From: Methanothermobacter thermautotrophicus str. Delta H
GTDB lineage: Archaea; Methanobacteriota; Methanobacteria; Methanobacteriales; Methanothermobacteraceae
DNA length: 32,000 bases
NCBI RefSeq assembly: GCF_000008645.1
Contig: NC_000916.1
Span: 1,260,001-1,292,000, forward strand
Direction: 5' to 3'
Shown: positions 8,491 to 17,706 of the stretch, piece after piece
How positions within the stretch are numbered: position 1 is the stretch's first letter
Layout of the letters: each line of letters starts with the position of its first letter
Made by a program: the position numbers and the translations under genes
The notes under the pieces: generated by a model
What the model was told of the DNA's origin: nothing
The model's database searches: none
The model's input: the letters and a program-made list of their open reading frames with translations, nothing else

Positions 8491-9822
8491 TCAGAGACCC
8501 ATGATTGTTATAATGGCTATGACCAGGCAAGTGTTTGCCACCGGATCCGTCATGCTCGTTGAGAGGGGGATCACGATGTTATCAGGGTCAAGTCTGAGTC
8601 TGTATGATGCCGAGCTGAGATAGAAGCCCACAAGAAGGAGGAATGGTGTGAGCATGTACCCGGCCATGGAACTTATGAGAACCATACTGAAGGGGCCCAG
8701 GGACCCTATGCCAAGGAAATCACTTACAAGGTGGGCCAGAAGCCCTATGGTAGGGTATATGAGGAGGGACAGTACAGCTATTATCCCAAAGTTCCTCAGG
8801 GCCTCCCCGTGGGGTCTCAGGGATGCTGGAATTATACCTGAGTGAAGCCCTGAGGAGAGCCTTGCACCAAGTATACTCACCAGGTCCCCGCTTTCACCTG
8901 AAAATAGAGGTACAAGTGCCAGTATTGCCGGGTTGTCCAGTATAAATGACAGTTTACTGTTCAGAACTGTACCTGCAGTTGTTCCGAGGGCCGAACATAT
9001 GAGGAGGACAGGTACACTCTGCCTGATAATCTTCCTGAGATCGTATCTCCCCCTGAAGCCGGCTATGAGTCCGGCTGCACCTATCAAAAGGAATATGGCA
9101 AAGAGTATCCATTCAAAAAATCCGTTCCTGACCATCTCAAGGACTGCGAGGGCTGCAAATATTGATGGTAGGGTGAAAAGATCTCCTGAAGCTGCAATCA
9201 GGGGTGTGGTGACATTATCCGGGTCCCATCCATTTTCATAGCTCTTAAGGGATATGAGGACCGTTGCAGGGAGCAGAAAAGCCCCTGATATTATACCCCC
9301 GATGACCGAGATAACCGTGAAGTCCATTATCCCCATGCTCTCAAAGCCAAAGAGCTGGCAGAAGATCCATGCCATGAAGCCCAGAAAGAGCGACATGACC
9401 ACCGTCAGTATGATGGTCCCCTCAATGTTATCTGCAAGGACATCTGATCTTCGCAGTTCAGGTGAGAGCACACCGATATGGAGGCCAGATCCAAGGCGTG
9501 AGCCCAGGGCTCCGAAGATGTTACCCCTCATACCTATGGCCCCGGGTATGAGTACAAGGAGACCCGGGTATGATTCAAGCATTGGGGACATCTTACCGAG
9601 GAATATGCCGGCTATAAGGTCCCCGATTGCACAGATGAAAAGGGCCACGAAGCTTTCCCCGAGAATCCTCCTGGAATCCCTGAAAAAGCTGCCAAACTTT
9701 CTTGATAGGTTAAATGCCCTTACCCATCCCCTTGAGGCTGCTATGGAGATGTTCACGGTGAATGTTAGCAGGGACTGAAGCAGGATCCGAGTCATCCTCA
9801 GCAATCTTTCTCTTCTCTTCAT
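8491..9822 (-). CDS. MgtE-like divalent-cation transporter membrane protein (duplicated MgtE TM module, no cytosolic N/CBS domains)
   Basis: Two repeats carry [18 protein letters not shown] and [18 protein letters not shown] with multiple TM helices. AGGTGA plus 5 nt precedes ATG 9822 (MKRRERLL). The track's GTG 9831 lies inside that RBS. Confidence 0.75.
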   Translation of the reverse strand: MKRRERLLRMTRILLQSLLTFTVNISIAASRGWVRAFNLSRKFGSFFRDSRRILGESFVALFICAIGDLIAGIFLGKMSPMLESYPGLLVLIPGAIGMRGNIFGALGSRLGSGLHIGVLSPELRRSDVLADNIEGTIILTVVMSLFLGFMAWIFCQLFGFESMGIMDFTVISVIGGIISGAFLLPATVLISLKSYENGWDPDNVTTPLIAASGDLFTLPSIFAALAVLEMVRNGFFEWILFAIFLLIGAAGLIAGFRGRYDLRKIIRQSVPVLLICSALGTTAGTVLNSKLSFILDNPAILALVPLFSGESGDLVSILGARLSSGLHSGIIPASLRPHGEALRNFGIIAVLSLLIYPTIGLLAHLVSDFLGIGSLGPFSMVLISSMAGYMLTPFLLLVGFYLSSASYRLRLDPDNIVIPLSTSMTDPVANTCLVIAIITIMGL

Positions 9823-9857
9823 GAATATCACCTGTTAACATTTCCATCATCCCGTCA

Positions 9858-10454
9858 CTATTCTATACTGCAGCCAATATCCTCAAGGGTCATCTCATTC
9901 TTTGCCAGTGCAAACAGTAGCTCTGCTCCCGCCTCGTTCCCCTTGGCAATGAGTGTATCCTTCTCTGCCAGCACCGTGTTCCTGTCGGGTCCATAGATCC
10001 AGGACTCACCTCTCCTGATGGCTATAACCCTCATACCAGTCCTGGTTGCAAGGAGAAGATCCCCCAGGGATTTCCCTGCGAGCTCGGATCCCTCCTCAAT
10101 GGTGACCCTGACGATGATCTCGTCGGACTCCTCCATGACCATCTTGAAGACCGGATGGGGCTTTATTCCCTTGAGCACCAGGTCGGCGATATCCTTGGCC
10201 GAGTTTGCAATGCTCTCAGCAGCTTCACCCACCTCAAGAAGGGCTGTAAGCTCCTCAGCGTCCTCAACAGACCTTGCTGCAAGAAGAGATTCCTTCTTTA
10301 TCTCATAGTTGAGTCTGTTAACCTTGTTCTCAAGTTTTATGACTTCTTCAGCTGCATCCCTGCTGTTGAATAGCAGTGCCGAGTATGCAAGATCCACCAT
10401 GAGCTCCGAAAGGTTCTTCATCTCAATGAGGATATCCTTAACACTCTTAGACAA
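9858..10454 (-). CDS. PhoU-like / TrkA-C (RCK_C) domain cytosolic regulatory protein
   Basis: N-terminal PhoU-like helices ([45 protein letters not shown]). C-terminal TrkA-C segment ([47 protein letters not shown]). TTG start 7 nt after AGGAGG. Confidence 0.7.
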   Translation of the reverse strand: MSKSVKDILIEMKNLSELMVDLAYSALLFNSRDAAEEVIKLENKVNRLNYEIKKESLLAARSVEDAEELTALLEVGEAAESIANSAKDIADLVLKGIKPHPVFKMVMEESDEIIVRVTIEEGSELAGKSLGDLLLATRTGMRVIAIRRGESWIYGPDRNTVLAEKDTLIAKGNEAGAELLFALAKNEMTLEDIGCSIE

Positions 10455-10624
10455 CTTTCATCCTCCTGGGCTGGTGGGTTGATATTGGATAAATTAAAAT
10501 AAATATGTTGCTGTGAGGGACGCGGGTGCTCATGAAGATCATCCAAAATCAGGTGCCAGTGAGATCTTCAAGATACTCCTTTATGAATAACCTGGAGATG
10601 CCTGAACTGCATTACTTAAAGTGA

Positions 10625-11680
10625 TCATCCCCTCATCAGGCACTCTCTACGGAGTTTCAGGAGCTCCCTCTTTTTGTCCATGAGATCATCTGGCCCTGAA
10701 ATTATATCCCCCAGGCTCCTCTTCACGCATTCAACTGCGCTGTCTGTGTGTATCCATGTGCAGTCCTGGCAGCTCCACACCCCCCGGTCCCTTATCCATC
10801 GCCCGCCTGTGGATCCCTCCGCACATGGGTAGAAGGGGCAGTAGCAGAATGCACAGTTCTGGCCTTCAAAGTGACAGGGATAGAACTCACAGTTTTCATC
10901 TGGACCCGAGGCTTTTCCCAGTGGATTTTCCTCGTAGAACTCCCTTGCAAGTTCATGGAGGGGTGTCTCCACGGCGTAGCCCCTTGGTGTTATCATCTGA
11001 CCGTCCCTTGTGTAGGTGGTTACGTTGCCCACCAGCACTATTGTTGACATGTCCACAAGGGACTCGTCAAGGGATTCAAGGTCCACTATCCTCACATCAG
11101 GGGCCCCATCCACGGTCCTTACTATGCCAACCGGTGTCTGAGGGGGCAGCAGAGACCTCAGTATTTCAACAGCCTCCCTGAAGGGCCTCTTCCTCCTCTT
11201 TCCCAGTGGATTGTAAAGGGCTATTATCATCCCGGACTCTGCGGCGGCCCTGATCTTTGCCATTATTTCAGATAGTGGTGTCAGGATGTCACTCAGACTT
11301 ATAACCGCGAAGTCGTGGAGGGGTGCTCCCAGCTTTGATGCGGCGTAGTTAACCGCTGTGACGCCGGGTATGACCTCAAATTCGATGCCTGAATATTTAT
11401 CAAATATCTGGAAGAATACGTTGGCCATGCCGTAAACACCTGGGTCCCCTGAACTCACAAGTGCGACGTCAAGGCCCTCGCGGTGTTTTTCAATTGCAAG
11501 TTCCACCCTCTCAATCTCATCCCCCATACCACTCCTTATGACCTCCTTTCCATCAAGGAGGTCCTCTATCTGGCGGATATACCTCGCATACCCTATAACG
11601 ACGTCAGAATCCTCCAGGGCCCTCAGGGCCCTTATGGTTATATCATCCCTTGCTGGTCCAATTCCTATTATCCTGATCAT
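10625..11680 (-). CDS. cbiH: Cobalt-factor III / precorrin-3B C17-methyltransferase fused to a C-terminal Cys-rich domain
   Basis: N-terminus [30 protein letters not shown] and [11 protein letters not shown] are class III tetrapyrrole methylase motifs. The last ~90 aa hold 9 Cys ([29 protein letters not shown]). Confidence 0.85.
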   Translation of the reverse strand: MIRIIGIGPARDDITIRALRALEDSDVVIGYARYIRQIEDLLDGKEVIRSGMGDEIERVELAIEKHREGLDVALVSSGDPGVYGMANVFFQIFDKYSGIEFEVIPGVTAVNYAASKLGAPLHDFAVISLSDILTPLSEIMAKIRAAAESGMIIALYNPLGKRRKRPFREAVEILRSLLPPQTPVGIVRTVDGAPDVRIVDLESLDESLVDMSTIVLVGNVTTYTRDGQMITPRGYAVETPLHELAREFYEENPLGKASGPDENCEFYPCHFEGQNCAFCYCPFYPCAEGSTGGRWIRDRGVWSCQDCTWIHTDSAVECVKRSLGDIISGPDDLMDKKRELLKLRRECLMRG

Positions 11681-11758
11681 GAAGCCACCAACCGCCTAAG
11701 ACTTGATTAAATCCCTCTAAGAAGGACACTGATCATGAAGCTGTCGCAAATGACAGAC

Positions 11759-12256
11759 TCAGTAGATCCTTGTCACAGATAAAATCCTCAGGGTCTTCAC
11801 ATCGACCCAGACCCCCGAGGACCTTGTCTGTGCCCTTGCAGCTGCAATTACACTGAACTGTTCAGTTGGTCTTATCACTATCTGGCCCTTACCGGTCTGG
11901 TTTTCACGGTAACCTGTCGCCGTTATATTGATCTCAATCATCTCAAGGGAGGTATCCTGGGTGGTTGTTGCGTTGAGGGATTTTATGTTTATACCATCCA
12001 GTCCCGTCCTGGCTTTAAGGGCATCTGAAACGTCTGCATTGTTTATTATTCTGACCTCCTCGGGGCCTCCGGTAATCGTGGAGGTTATGTTTTTACCGGA
12101 ATCAAGGAAGGATGAGACCGTGTCTATCTGCATCTCCAGGAGTTTTTCTATGTCCGGGGGCTTTGACGTTACAAGGGTGTATGAGCTTATAAGTCCCACC
12201 TCAAAGAAGGCCAGGAACATGATGAGGAAGAGGAAGAGTCTGATTATCCTTGGCAA
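11759..12256 (-). CDS. Hypothetical membrane-anchored exported protein
   Basis: Single N-terminal helix (IIRLFLFLIMFLAFFEVGLISSYTLV) and 4 sequons (NIT, NAT, NIT, NQT). The track starts at TTG 12328. TTG 12256, 5 nt after AGGTGAT, is the better-supported start. Confidence 0.5.
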   Translation of the reverse strand: MPRIIRLFLFLIMFLAFFEVGLISSYTLVTSKPPDIEKLLEMQIDTVSSFLDSGKNITSTITGGPEEVRIINNADVSDALKARTGLDGINIKSLNATTTQDTSLEMIEINITATGYRENQTGKGQIVIRPTEQFSVIAAARAQTRSSGVWVDVKTLRILSVTRIY

Positions 12257-12410
12257 TGCATCACCTTTTTCTCTGTGATTAAACCCAAAGGGTAAATTAA
12301 TATTTTGATAAAGAATATATGAACTCAATAAAATATTTTACTGCACACACATTTTAAAACTTTCTGAATTAGATGTTAAAAACCACCTTACAGGGCAGTG
12401 AAGGATTAAA

Positions 12411-13859
12411 ATGAACGAGATAATCGGAAAATTTGCAAGGGAAGGGATCCTCATAGAGGATAACGCCTACTTCCGGCTCAGGGAAATGGATGATCCTGCA
12501 AGCGTGTCCTCAGAACTCATAGTTAAGATAAAGAGCAATGGTGGTAAATTCACTGTTTTAACCTCTGAAATGCTTGATGAATTCTTTGAAATAGATAACC
12601 CCGCGGAGATAAAGGCCAGGGGTCCCCTCATGGTCCCGGCGGAGAGGGACTTCGATTTTGAGGTGATAAGTGATACAAGTAACCGGTCCTACACCAGTGG
12701 TGAGATAGGGGACATGATCGCATACTTCAACAGCCGCTACAGCAGCCTGAAGAACCTTCTCAGTAAGCGCCCTGAACTGAAGGGCCATATTCCAATTGCT
12801 GACCTCCGGGGGGGAGAGGACGTCGTCAGCATCATCGGGATGGTCAATGATGTGAGGAACACCAAGAACAATCACAGGATTATTGAACTTGAGGATGATA
12901 CCGGCGAAATCAGTGTTGTTGTGCACAACGAAAACCATAAGCTCTTTGAGAAGTCCGAGAAAATCGTGAGGGATGAGGTTGTGGGTGTCCATGGAACCAA
13001 GAAGGGAAGGTTCGTGGTTGCCTCCGAGATATTCCACCCTGGAGTCCCCAGGATACAGGAGAAGGAGATGGACTTCTCAGTTGCCTTCATATCAGACGTT
13101 CATATAGGAAGCCAGACCTTCCTTGAGGACGCCTTCATGAAATTTGTGAAATGGATAAACGGGGATTTCGGTTCAGAGGAGCAGCGAAGCCTTGCAGCGG
13201 ATGTTAAGTACCTGGTGGTTGCGGGTGACATCGTTGATGGCATTGGAATCTACCCTGGACAGGAAAAGGAACTCCTTATAAGGGACATCCATGAACAGTA
13301 TGAGGAGGCTGCAAGGCTGTTCGGTGATATAAGGAGCGACATAAAGATCGTTATGATCCCGGGAAACCACGACTCCTCAAGGATAGCGGAGCCCCAGCCA
13401 GCAATACCCGAGGAATACGCAAAGTCCCTCTACAGTATCAGGAACATAGAATTTCTCAGCAACCCATCCCTTGTGAGCCTTGACGGTGTGAGGACCCTCA
13501 TATACCATGGCCGTAGCTTTGATGACATGGCCATGAGTGTCAACGGGCTCTCACATGAAAGGTCAGACCTCATAATGGAGGAACTCCTTGAGAAGAGGCA
13601 CCTTGCACCGATATATGGTGAGAGAACACCGCTGGCATCTGAGATAGAGGACCACCTGGTCATCGATGAGGTCCCACACGTACTCCACACCGGCCATGTT
13701 CACATAAATGCCTACAAAAAGTACAAGGGAGTGCACCTCATAAATTCAGGGACCTTCCAGTCCCAGACAGAGTTCCAGAAGATCTACAACATCGTCCCAA
13801 CCTGCGGCCAGGTCCCGGTGCTTAACAGGGGTGTGATGAAACTCCTTGAATTCAGCTGA
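12411..13859 (+). CDS. polB: DNA polymerase D (Pol II) small subunit DP1, Mre11-like phosphoesterase/proofreading exonuclease
   Basis: 482 aa with calcineurin-like phosphoesterase motifs [30 protein letters not shown], preceded by an OB-like region. Confidence 0.9.
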   Translation: MNEIIGKFAREGILIEDNAYFRLREMDDPASVSSELIVKIKSNGGKFTVLTSEMLDEFFEIDNPAEIKARGPLMVPAERDFDFEVISDTSNRSYTSGEIGDMIAYFNSRYSSLKNLLSKRPELKGHIPIADLRGGEDVVSIIGMVNDVRNTKNNHRIIELEDDTGEISVVVHNENHKLFEKSEKIVRDEVVGVHGTKKGRFVVASEIFHPGVPRIQEKEMDFSVAFISDVHIGSQTFLEDAFMKFVKWINGDFGSEEQRSLAADVKYLVVAGDIVDGIGIYPGQEKELLIRDIHEQYEEAARLFGDIRSDIKIVMIPGNHDSSRIAEPQPAIPEEYAKSLYSIRNIEFLSNPSLVSLDGVRTLIYHGRSFDDMAMSVNGLSHERSDLIMEELLEKRHLAPIYGERTPLASEIEDHLVIDEVPHVLHTGHVHINAYKKYKGVHLINSGTFQSQTEFQKIYNIVPTCGQVPVLNRGVMKLLEFS

Positions 13860-13916
13860 ATGTTATATACACCTGAACCCTGCAACTGTATGTTGATGTA
13901 ATCCAAGGTGATACAC

Positions 13917-14483
13917 TTGAACCCGGTAAGAGAAGTCGTTGATGTTTCACTTCATATTTACAGGACCGGCCTTGTATCCGGCATAGGTGGAAATGTGAGT
14001 GCAAGAATGGGTGATAGGGTCTTCATAACCCCGACCATGGTCCCCCTGGGGGAGGTTTCACTCAGGAATGTCGTTTTGGTGGACCTCAATGGAAGGGTCA
14101 TCAGGGGAGGGAGGCCATCATCCGAACTGGGACTCCACCTTGAGGTATACAGGGCACGGCCAGATGTGGGTGGAATAGTGCACACCCATTCGCCCCATGC
14201 GAGGGCCTTCTCCATTGCAGGAGTCCAGATTGAGAAGATGGAGGGATTCATGGGTCTCGGGAGGGGTTACATACCCATGGTCCCGTACCACCCGCCAGGT
14301 AGCAGAGAACTTGCAGCTGAATGTGGCAGGGTAATGGTTGATGAGGATGCTGCCATCCTGGAGAACCATGGAGTTGTATGTGCAGGTGAAGGTTTAAGGG
14401 ACGCCCTTCTACTGGCGGAATTCATTGAGGAGTCTGCAAGGACCCAGTTCATAGCCGAGACCCTGAAATCCATGAAAAAATAA
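13917..14483 (+). CDS. Class II aldolase/adducin-domain protein (L-fuculose-1-phosphate aldolase-like)
   Basis: GIGGNVSAR, GGIVHTHSPHA and ILENHGVVCAG motifs. The track's GTG 13908 lies inside a GGTGAT RBS. In-frame TTG 13917 (MNPVREVV) is preferred. Confidence 0.75.
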   Translation: MNPVREVVDVSLHIYRTGLVSGIGGNVSARMGDRVFITPTMVPLGEVSLRNVVLVDLNGRVIRGGRPSSELGLHLEVYRARPDVGGIVHTHSPHARAFSIAGVQIEKMEGFMGLGRGYIPMVPYHPPGSRELAAECGRVMVDEDAAILENHGVVCAGEGLRDALLLAEFIEESARTQFIAETLKSMKK

Positions 14484-14601
14484 TCAGCACTTAAGTGCAC
14501 AGGCAGAACCCTCAAAAAATCCAGGAAAAAGATATCATCACTTAAAAATAGTAAAACTATCTTAACCTCTGGAAAACCCTGAAAAATTCAGAAACAGTTT
14601 T

Positions 14602-14856
14602 TTATTCCCTTATGGATTCAAGTTCGCTGAGTATCTCCCAGACCAGCGTCCTCGCATGTATGGGTATGTTGGGGTCGTTGCTTATCTCATCCAGTATGGA
14701 TATAACTGTACTGGCCCTGACGGTGCTGTCCTCATCAGGGTTATTCAGAATTTCGTTTGATTCCTCTGCAGCTCTTCTAATGTTCCTGGGGACGCTGTTG
14801 TCTTCCATAATGTGCCTTAAAATTTCAGAAACGCGATTGAATGTTTCGTTACTCAT
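14602..14856 (-). CDS. UPF0147-family small helical protein
   Basis: [50 protein letters not shown] matches the conserved archaeal UPF0147 family (~85 aa). GGAGG precedes ATG 14856. The longer track ORF (to 14910) adds an unlikely leader. Confidence 0.75.
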   Translation of the reverse strand: MSNETFNRVSEILRHIMEDNSVPRNIRRAAEESNEILNNPDEDSTVRASTVISILDEISNDPNIPIHARTLVWEILSELESIRE

Positions 14857-14930
14857 ATTGAGTCCTCCCTGCTGAATTCTTGAAGAATACAGAATAATGT
14901 TTATATTCAATCTGGTTTATATCATCTGGG

Positions 14931-15920
14931 TTAAAAAGCTTTTGGTGTCCCTGAAACTGCAAGTGCAGCTGTAACTCCAGAGGACTTTGTTTTTCTTATT
15001 ACAAGTTTTGAATCCTTACCTGCACTGCTGAGGGCTGCTGCTTCACATACACTTCCCACACCAAACTTTTCATAGACGAAATCAGAAAATGAGAGAGTAT
15101 TCTGGGATCTGAGTTCCTGGGGCCCTATGAATTCAAGGGGGACTCCTAGGAGCCTGGCAGCCTCCCTGATACCATCCTCATCCCTTTTCATGTAGCCTGT
15201 TGCAATGGCATCAAGCCGTTCGGGGGGTATTTTCAGCAGTTTCAGGGTTTCCCTGATGAGACCGATTACTCTATCTGATCCAACCCCCCTCCTTGTCCCT
15301 ATCCCCATTGAAAGCTTGAGGGGTGCAAGCCTCATGACCCTTGAGTTGCAGTGGGCCCTCACAACCTCGTCCCCCTCCGGGACATAGGTGTAGGTTCTGC
15401 GCATATCATCATCAATCAGGGCCTCAAGGTCCCTGGAGGAGTGAAGTTCAACCCGGTGCCCCTGGATAATTGAGGAGTTGAAGTGCCTGATAAGGTGGGG
15501 GTCAAGGATCCTGTAGAAGTACCTCGCTGCAAAGGTATCAATACCAACAAGGCCATTGACGTCTGTGGATGTTGTTATAACGGGATTAGCACCTATCAGA
15601 CCTGCAAGTTTAATTGCAAAGTCATTGGCACCCCCCGCATGACCGGAAAGTAGACTTATAACATTTGACCCCTTTTCATCAACAACCAGGACCCCAGGGT
15701 CCGATAGTTTGTTATTGATCAGTGGTGCTATCTTCCTCACCATTATACCTGCAGCCATTATACCCACTATAATGTCGCTTTCAGCGAAAACATTCCCCAG
15801 ATCCATGTTCCGGTGCATGACTTCAACCGAAAGAATAGTCGGGTCCCGGAGGAGTTTCTCCCTCATCTCCCCTGCGAGTCTTCTGGCCCTCTCTGTTAGT
15901 GTGAGTATTGTAACTATCAT
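14931..15920 (-). CDS. cbiG: Cobalt-precorrin-5A hydrolase
   Basis: 329 aa with the N / middle / C CbiG architecture (GIMAAGIMVRKIAP.., LLSGHAGGAN, C-terminal GVGSVCEAAAL). Its ATG overlaps the cbiB stop (ATGA). Confidence 0.8.
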   Translation of the reverse strand: MIVTILTLTERARRLAGEMREKLLRDPTILSVEVMHRNMDLGNVFAESDIIVGIMAAGIMVRKIAPLINNKLSDPGVLVVDEKGSNVISLLSGHAGGANDFAIKLAGLIGANPVITTSTDVNGLVGIDTFAARYFYRILDPHLIRHFNSSIIQGHRVELHSSRDLEALIDDDMRRTYTYVPEGDEVVRAHCNSRVMRLAPLKLSMGIGTRRGVGSDRVIGLIRETLKLLKIPPERLDAIATGYMKRDEDGIREAARLLGVPLEFIGPQELRSQNTLSFSDFVYEKFGVGSVCEAAALSSAGKDSKLVIRKTKSSGVTAALAVSGTPKAF

Positions 15921-16810
15921 GGTATCACCAGCATTACCCCTGCTGCAGCTAACGTGAACAGTATCAGGGTCAGGGAACTCAGCTTCACGGCATCAAGAAG
16001 TTTTTCATTGTCCAGTCCATCACATGGATCCCCGAGGACGTACACGCCCGGCTTTTCCAGCTGAACAGAAAGGGCCCCTGCCGCTGCAGCCATGGTGAAA
16101 CCTGAGTTGGGGCTTGGAGTACGCCGGGCGTCCCTCAAAAGAATCCTGAAGGATCCCCTCCAGTTCATGCCGAGTAGGAGGGCTGCAGGGACCATCAGGA
16201 CACCGGTGATTCTTGATGGGATGTAGTTGAGTATATCATCCAGCCTTGCAGGGAACCATCCTATGTCTCTGTTCTCGCTGTCAAGGTAGCCCACCATAGC
16301 ATCAAGTGTATTGACCACCCGGTAGAGGAAGGCGCCTGGAAGGCCCAGGAGGATGAAATAGAAGATGGGGGCTGTCACCGAATCCGTGATGTTTTCTGTG
16401 AGTGTCTCAATCGCCGCTGAGGTTATCTGTTCATCTGAGAGGGAAGTGGTGTCCCTGCTGACGAGCATTGAAAGTTTCCTCCTGGCATCTTCAATGTCCT
16501 CCTTGAGGGATCCTCCAACCTCCAGGGCAGAGGTTACAAGCATCCTTATGGATATCACCGCTGAAAGTAAGATGGAGGATATAATGAGATTCAGGGGGTC
16601 TTGAAGATGGTTGATAAGGAACAGGGGGAGTGTGAAGGGCGCTGCAACTGCAATGGTGAGTATTATGCCGGATATACGGCTGTTTCCAAGGATGTTCCGC
16701 ATCCATTCCACTGCTGACCCCATCCAGACCACCGGATGAAGCCGGTGTGGTGGTTCCCCAATGAGTAGGTCAAGGATTACAGCAAGCAGGAGGACTGAAA
16801 CTTCACTCAT
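15917..16810 (-). CDS. cbiB: Adenosylcobinamide-phosphate synthase (CbiB/CobD)
   Basis: MSEVSVLLLAVILDLLIGEPPHRLHPVVWMG is the canonical CbiB N-terminus, and GAGGAG precedes ATG 16810. The track ORF to 17197 adds ~129 aa antisense to the 16907..17374 gene and is rejected. Confidence 0.85.
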   Translation of the reverse strand: MSEVSVLLLAVILDLLIGEPPHRLHPVVWMGSAVEWMRNILGNSRISGIILTIAVAAPFTLPLFLINHLQDPLNLIISSILLSAVISIRMLVTSALEVGGSLKEDIEDARRKLSMLVSRDTTSLSDEQITSAAIETLTENITDSVTAPIFYFILLGLPGAFLYRVVNTLDAMVGYLDSENRDIGWFPARLDDILNYIPSRITGVLMVPAALLLGMNWRGSFRILLRDARRTPSPNSGFTMAAAAGALSVQLEKPGVYVLGDPCDGLDNEKLLDAVKLSSLTLILFTLAAAGVMLVIP

Positions 16811-16906
16811 GTACTCCTCTTTTAACTGTGCTCTGTTATATATCTGAGACATGTAATAATTTTTATCTATATATTCATGAAGGGAGATAGTTATAGCCGT
16901 GATAAC

Positions 16907-17374
16907 ATGTCCCAAGAAATGATCAAGAAATGGCTTGATGAAGAGGGGTTCCTCCGCATGGAGGTTCCTGACGAAAACGCCAGATTTCACTATGTTGTGA
17001 ACTACCCTGAGGATCACGTTATCGATATAATCCAGCCCGCCGGAAAGGATGACATGATTCTCATAGCCTGCGCAACCAGTGTCAGTCCAGAGCACCAGGC
17101 AGGGATCCGGGCGCTCAGCATGGAGAAGAGGACTGAGTTCATATGGAAGGTCAGGTTCACGCTTAACCGGTTCGGGGTTGATTTCCAGCTCGACCATCCA
17201 GAAAACGTCCTTAACAGTTACCTCGTGACAGATGAAATATTCTTCGACGGCCTTTCAAAGGACAGATTGATTTCAAGTATAAAAAATGTCTTCAGGGCAA
17301 AACTGCAGGTCATGTGGATGATACAGGAACGTTTCGGTGAAGAAAGACCAGAACATGATAGCATGTATGTCTAG
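16907..17374 (+). CDS. Conserved archaeal hypothetical protein (DUF2299-like, YbjN-type fold suspected)
   Basis: MSQEMIKKWLDEEGFLRMEVPDENARFHYVVNYPED. The family assignment is tentative. ATG 16877 is an alternative start. AT-rich TATA-like sequence at ~16855-16872 favours 16907. Confidence 0.55.
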   Translation: MSQEMIKKWLDEEGFLRMEVPDENARFHYVVNYPEDHVIDIIQPAGKDDMILIACATSVSPEHQAGIRALSMEKRTEFIWKVRFTLNRFGVDFQLDHPENVLNSYLVTDEIFFDGLSKDRLISSIKNVFRAKLQVMWMIQERFGEERPEHDSMYV

Positions 17375-17655
17375 GGGAGGTCCGGTTCAACTGTAAGGAC
17401 TCCCTGTAACCATTTTTCTTATGTGGGGGATGGCTTTCAACTGTAAAATCATTTGGGTTTCCTGTTTCTCTGGGTGTGGGTCAATGGTTTCAAGTGTAAA
17501 GTTTTTTCTCTCGTTTAGTTGCCCGAGTGAGAGAGGTCAATTTCAACTGTAACCAGCGAAACTTTATTCAGGCTTAACAGAGAGAGGTCAATTTCAACTG
17601 TAACTTTATTATTAAAAATTTGTCTAAAATAGTGACATCAGGTTCAACTGTAAAA
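17374..17655 (-). repeat. Left ORB arm: six elements read on the minus strand (consensus TTACAGTTGAAnnnnnnCCTCYC)
   Basis: Elements at 17374-17396, 17425-17447, 17476-17500 (this one has the CACTTG core), 17529-17553, 17580-17604 and 17632-17655. Core-to-core spacings are 50, 53, 53, 51 and 50 bp. 17529-17553 and 17580-17604 are identical over 25 bp (gagagaggtcaatttcaactgtaac). Confidence 0.9.
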
Positions 17656-17706
17656 GGTTCTTTCCTGGTTCGGCCTGGTTTACAGAGCGAAAAATAAAAA
17701 CCTTAA

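Noticed and set aside
10532-10627. 31-codon ORF (MKIIQNQVPVRSSRYSFMNNLEMPELHYLK) in the gap between the PhoU/TrkA-C gene and cbiH
   Set aside because: No RBS, no recognisable motif, and a composition unlike neighbouring genes. It is more likely promoter or terminator spacer sequence.
14487-14498. 12-bp palindrome gcacttaagtgc after the aldolase-like gene
   Set aside because: It is short and has no loop, so it could form only a weak structure. It contains an AflII-type cttaag site. It may contribute to termination, but this is not distinguishable from chance.
14481-14544. Possible C/D-box sRNA on the minus strand: exact C box GTGATGA (complement of 14535-14541) and D box CTGA (complement of 14484-14487), 58 nt overall, flanked by TAA/TTA and followed by a T-run
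   Set aside because: The internal D' (ggat or ctgg) and C' (ttgaggg) boxes are poor. The second guide spacer would be ~20 nt instead of ~12. The terminal stem is only 3 A-T pairs, and the T-run is just the complement of lysine codons at the end of the aldolase-like gene. Worth an RNA-seq glance, but not supportable from sequence alone.
16811-17197. N-terminal 129-aa extension of cbiB in the ORF track (15917..17197)
   Set aside because: The canonical CbiB N-terminus (MSEVSVLLLAVILDLLIGEP) with a GAGGAG RBS starts at 16810. The extension runs antisense through the 16907..17374 gene and an AT-rich promoter region.
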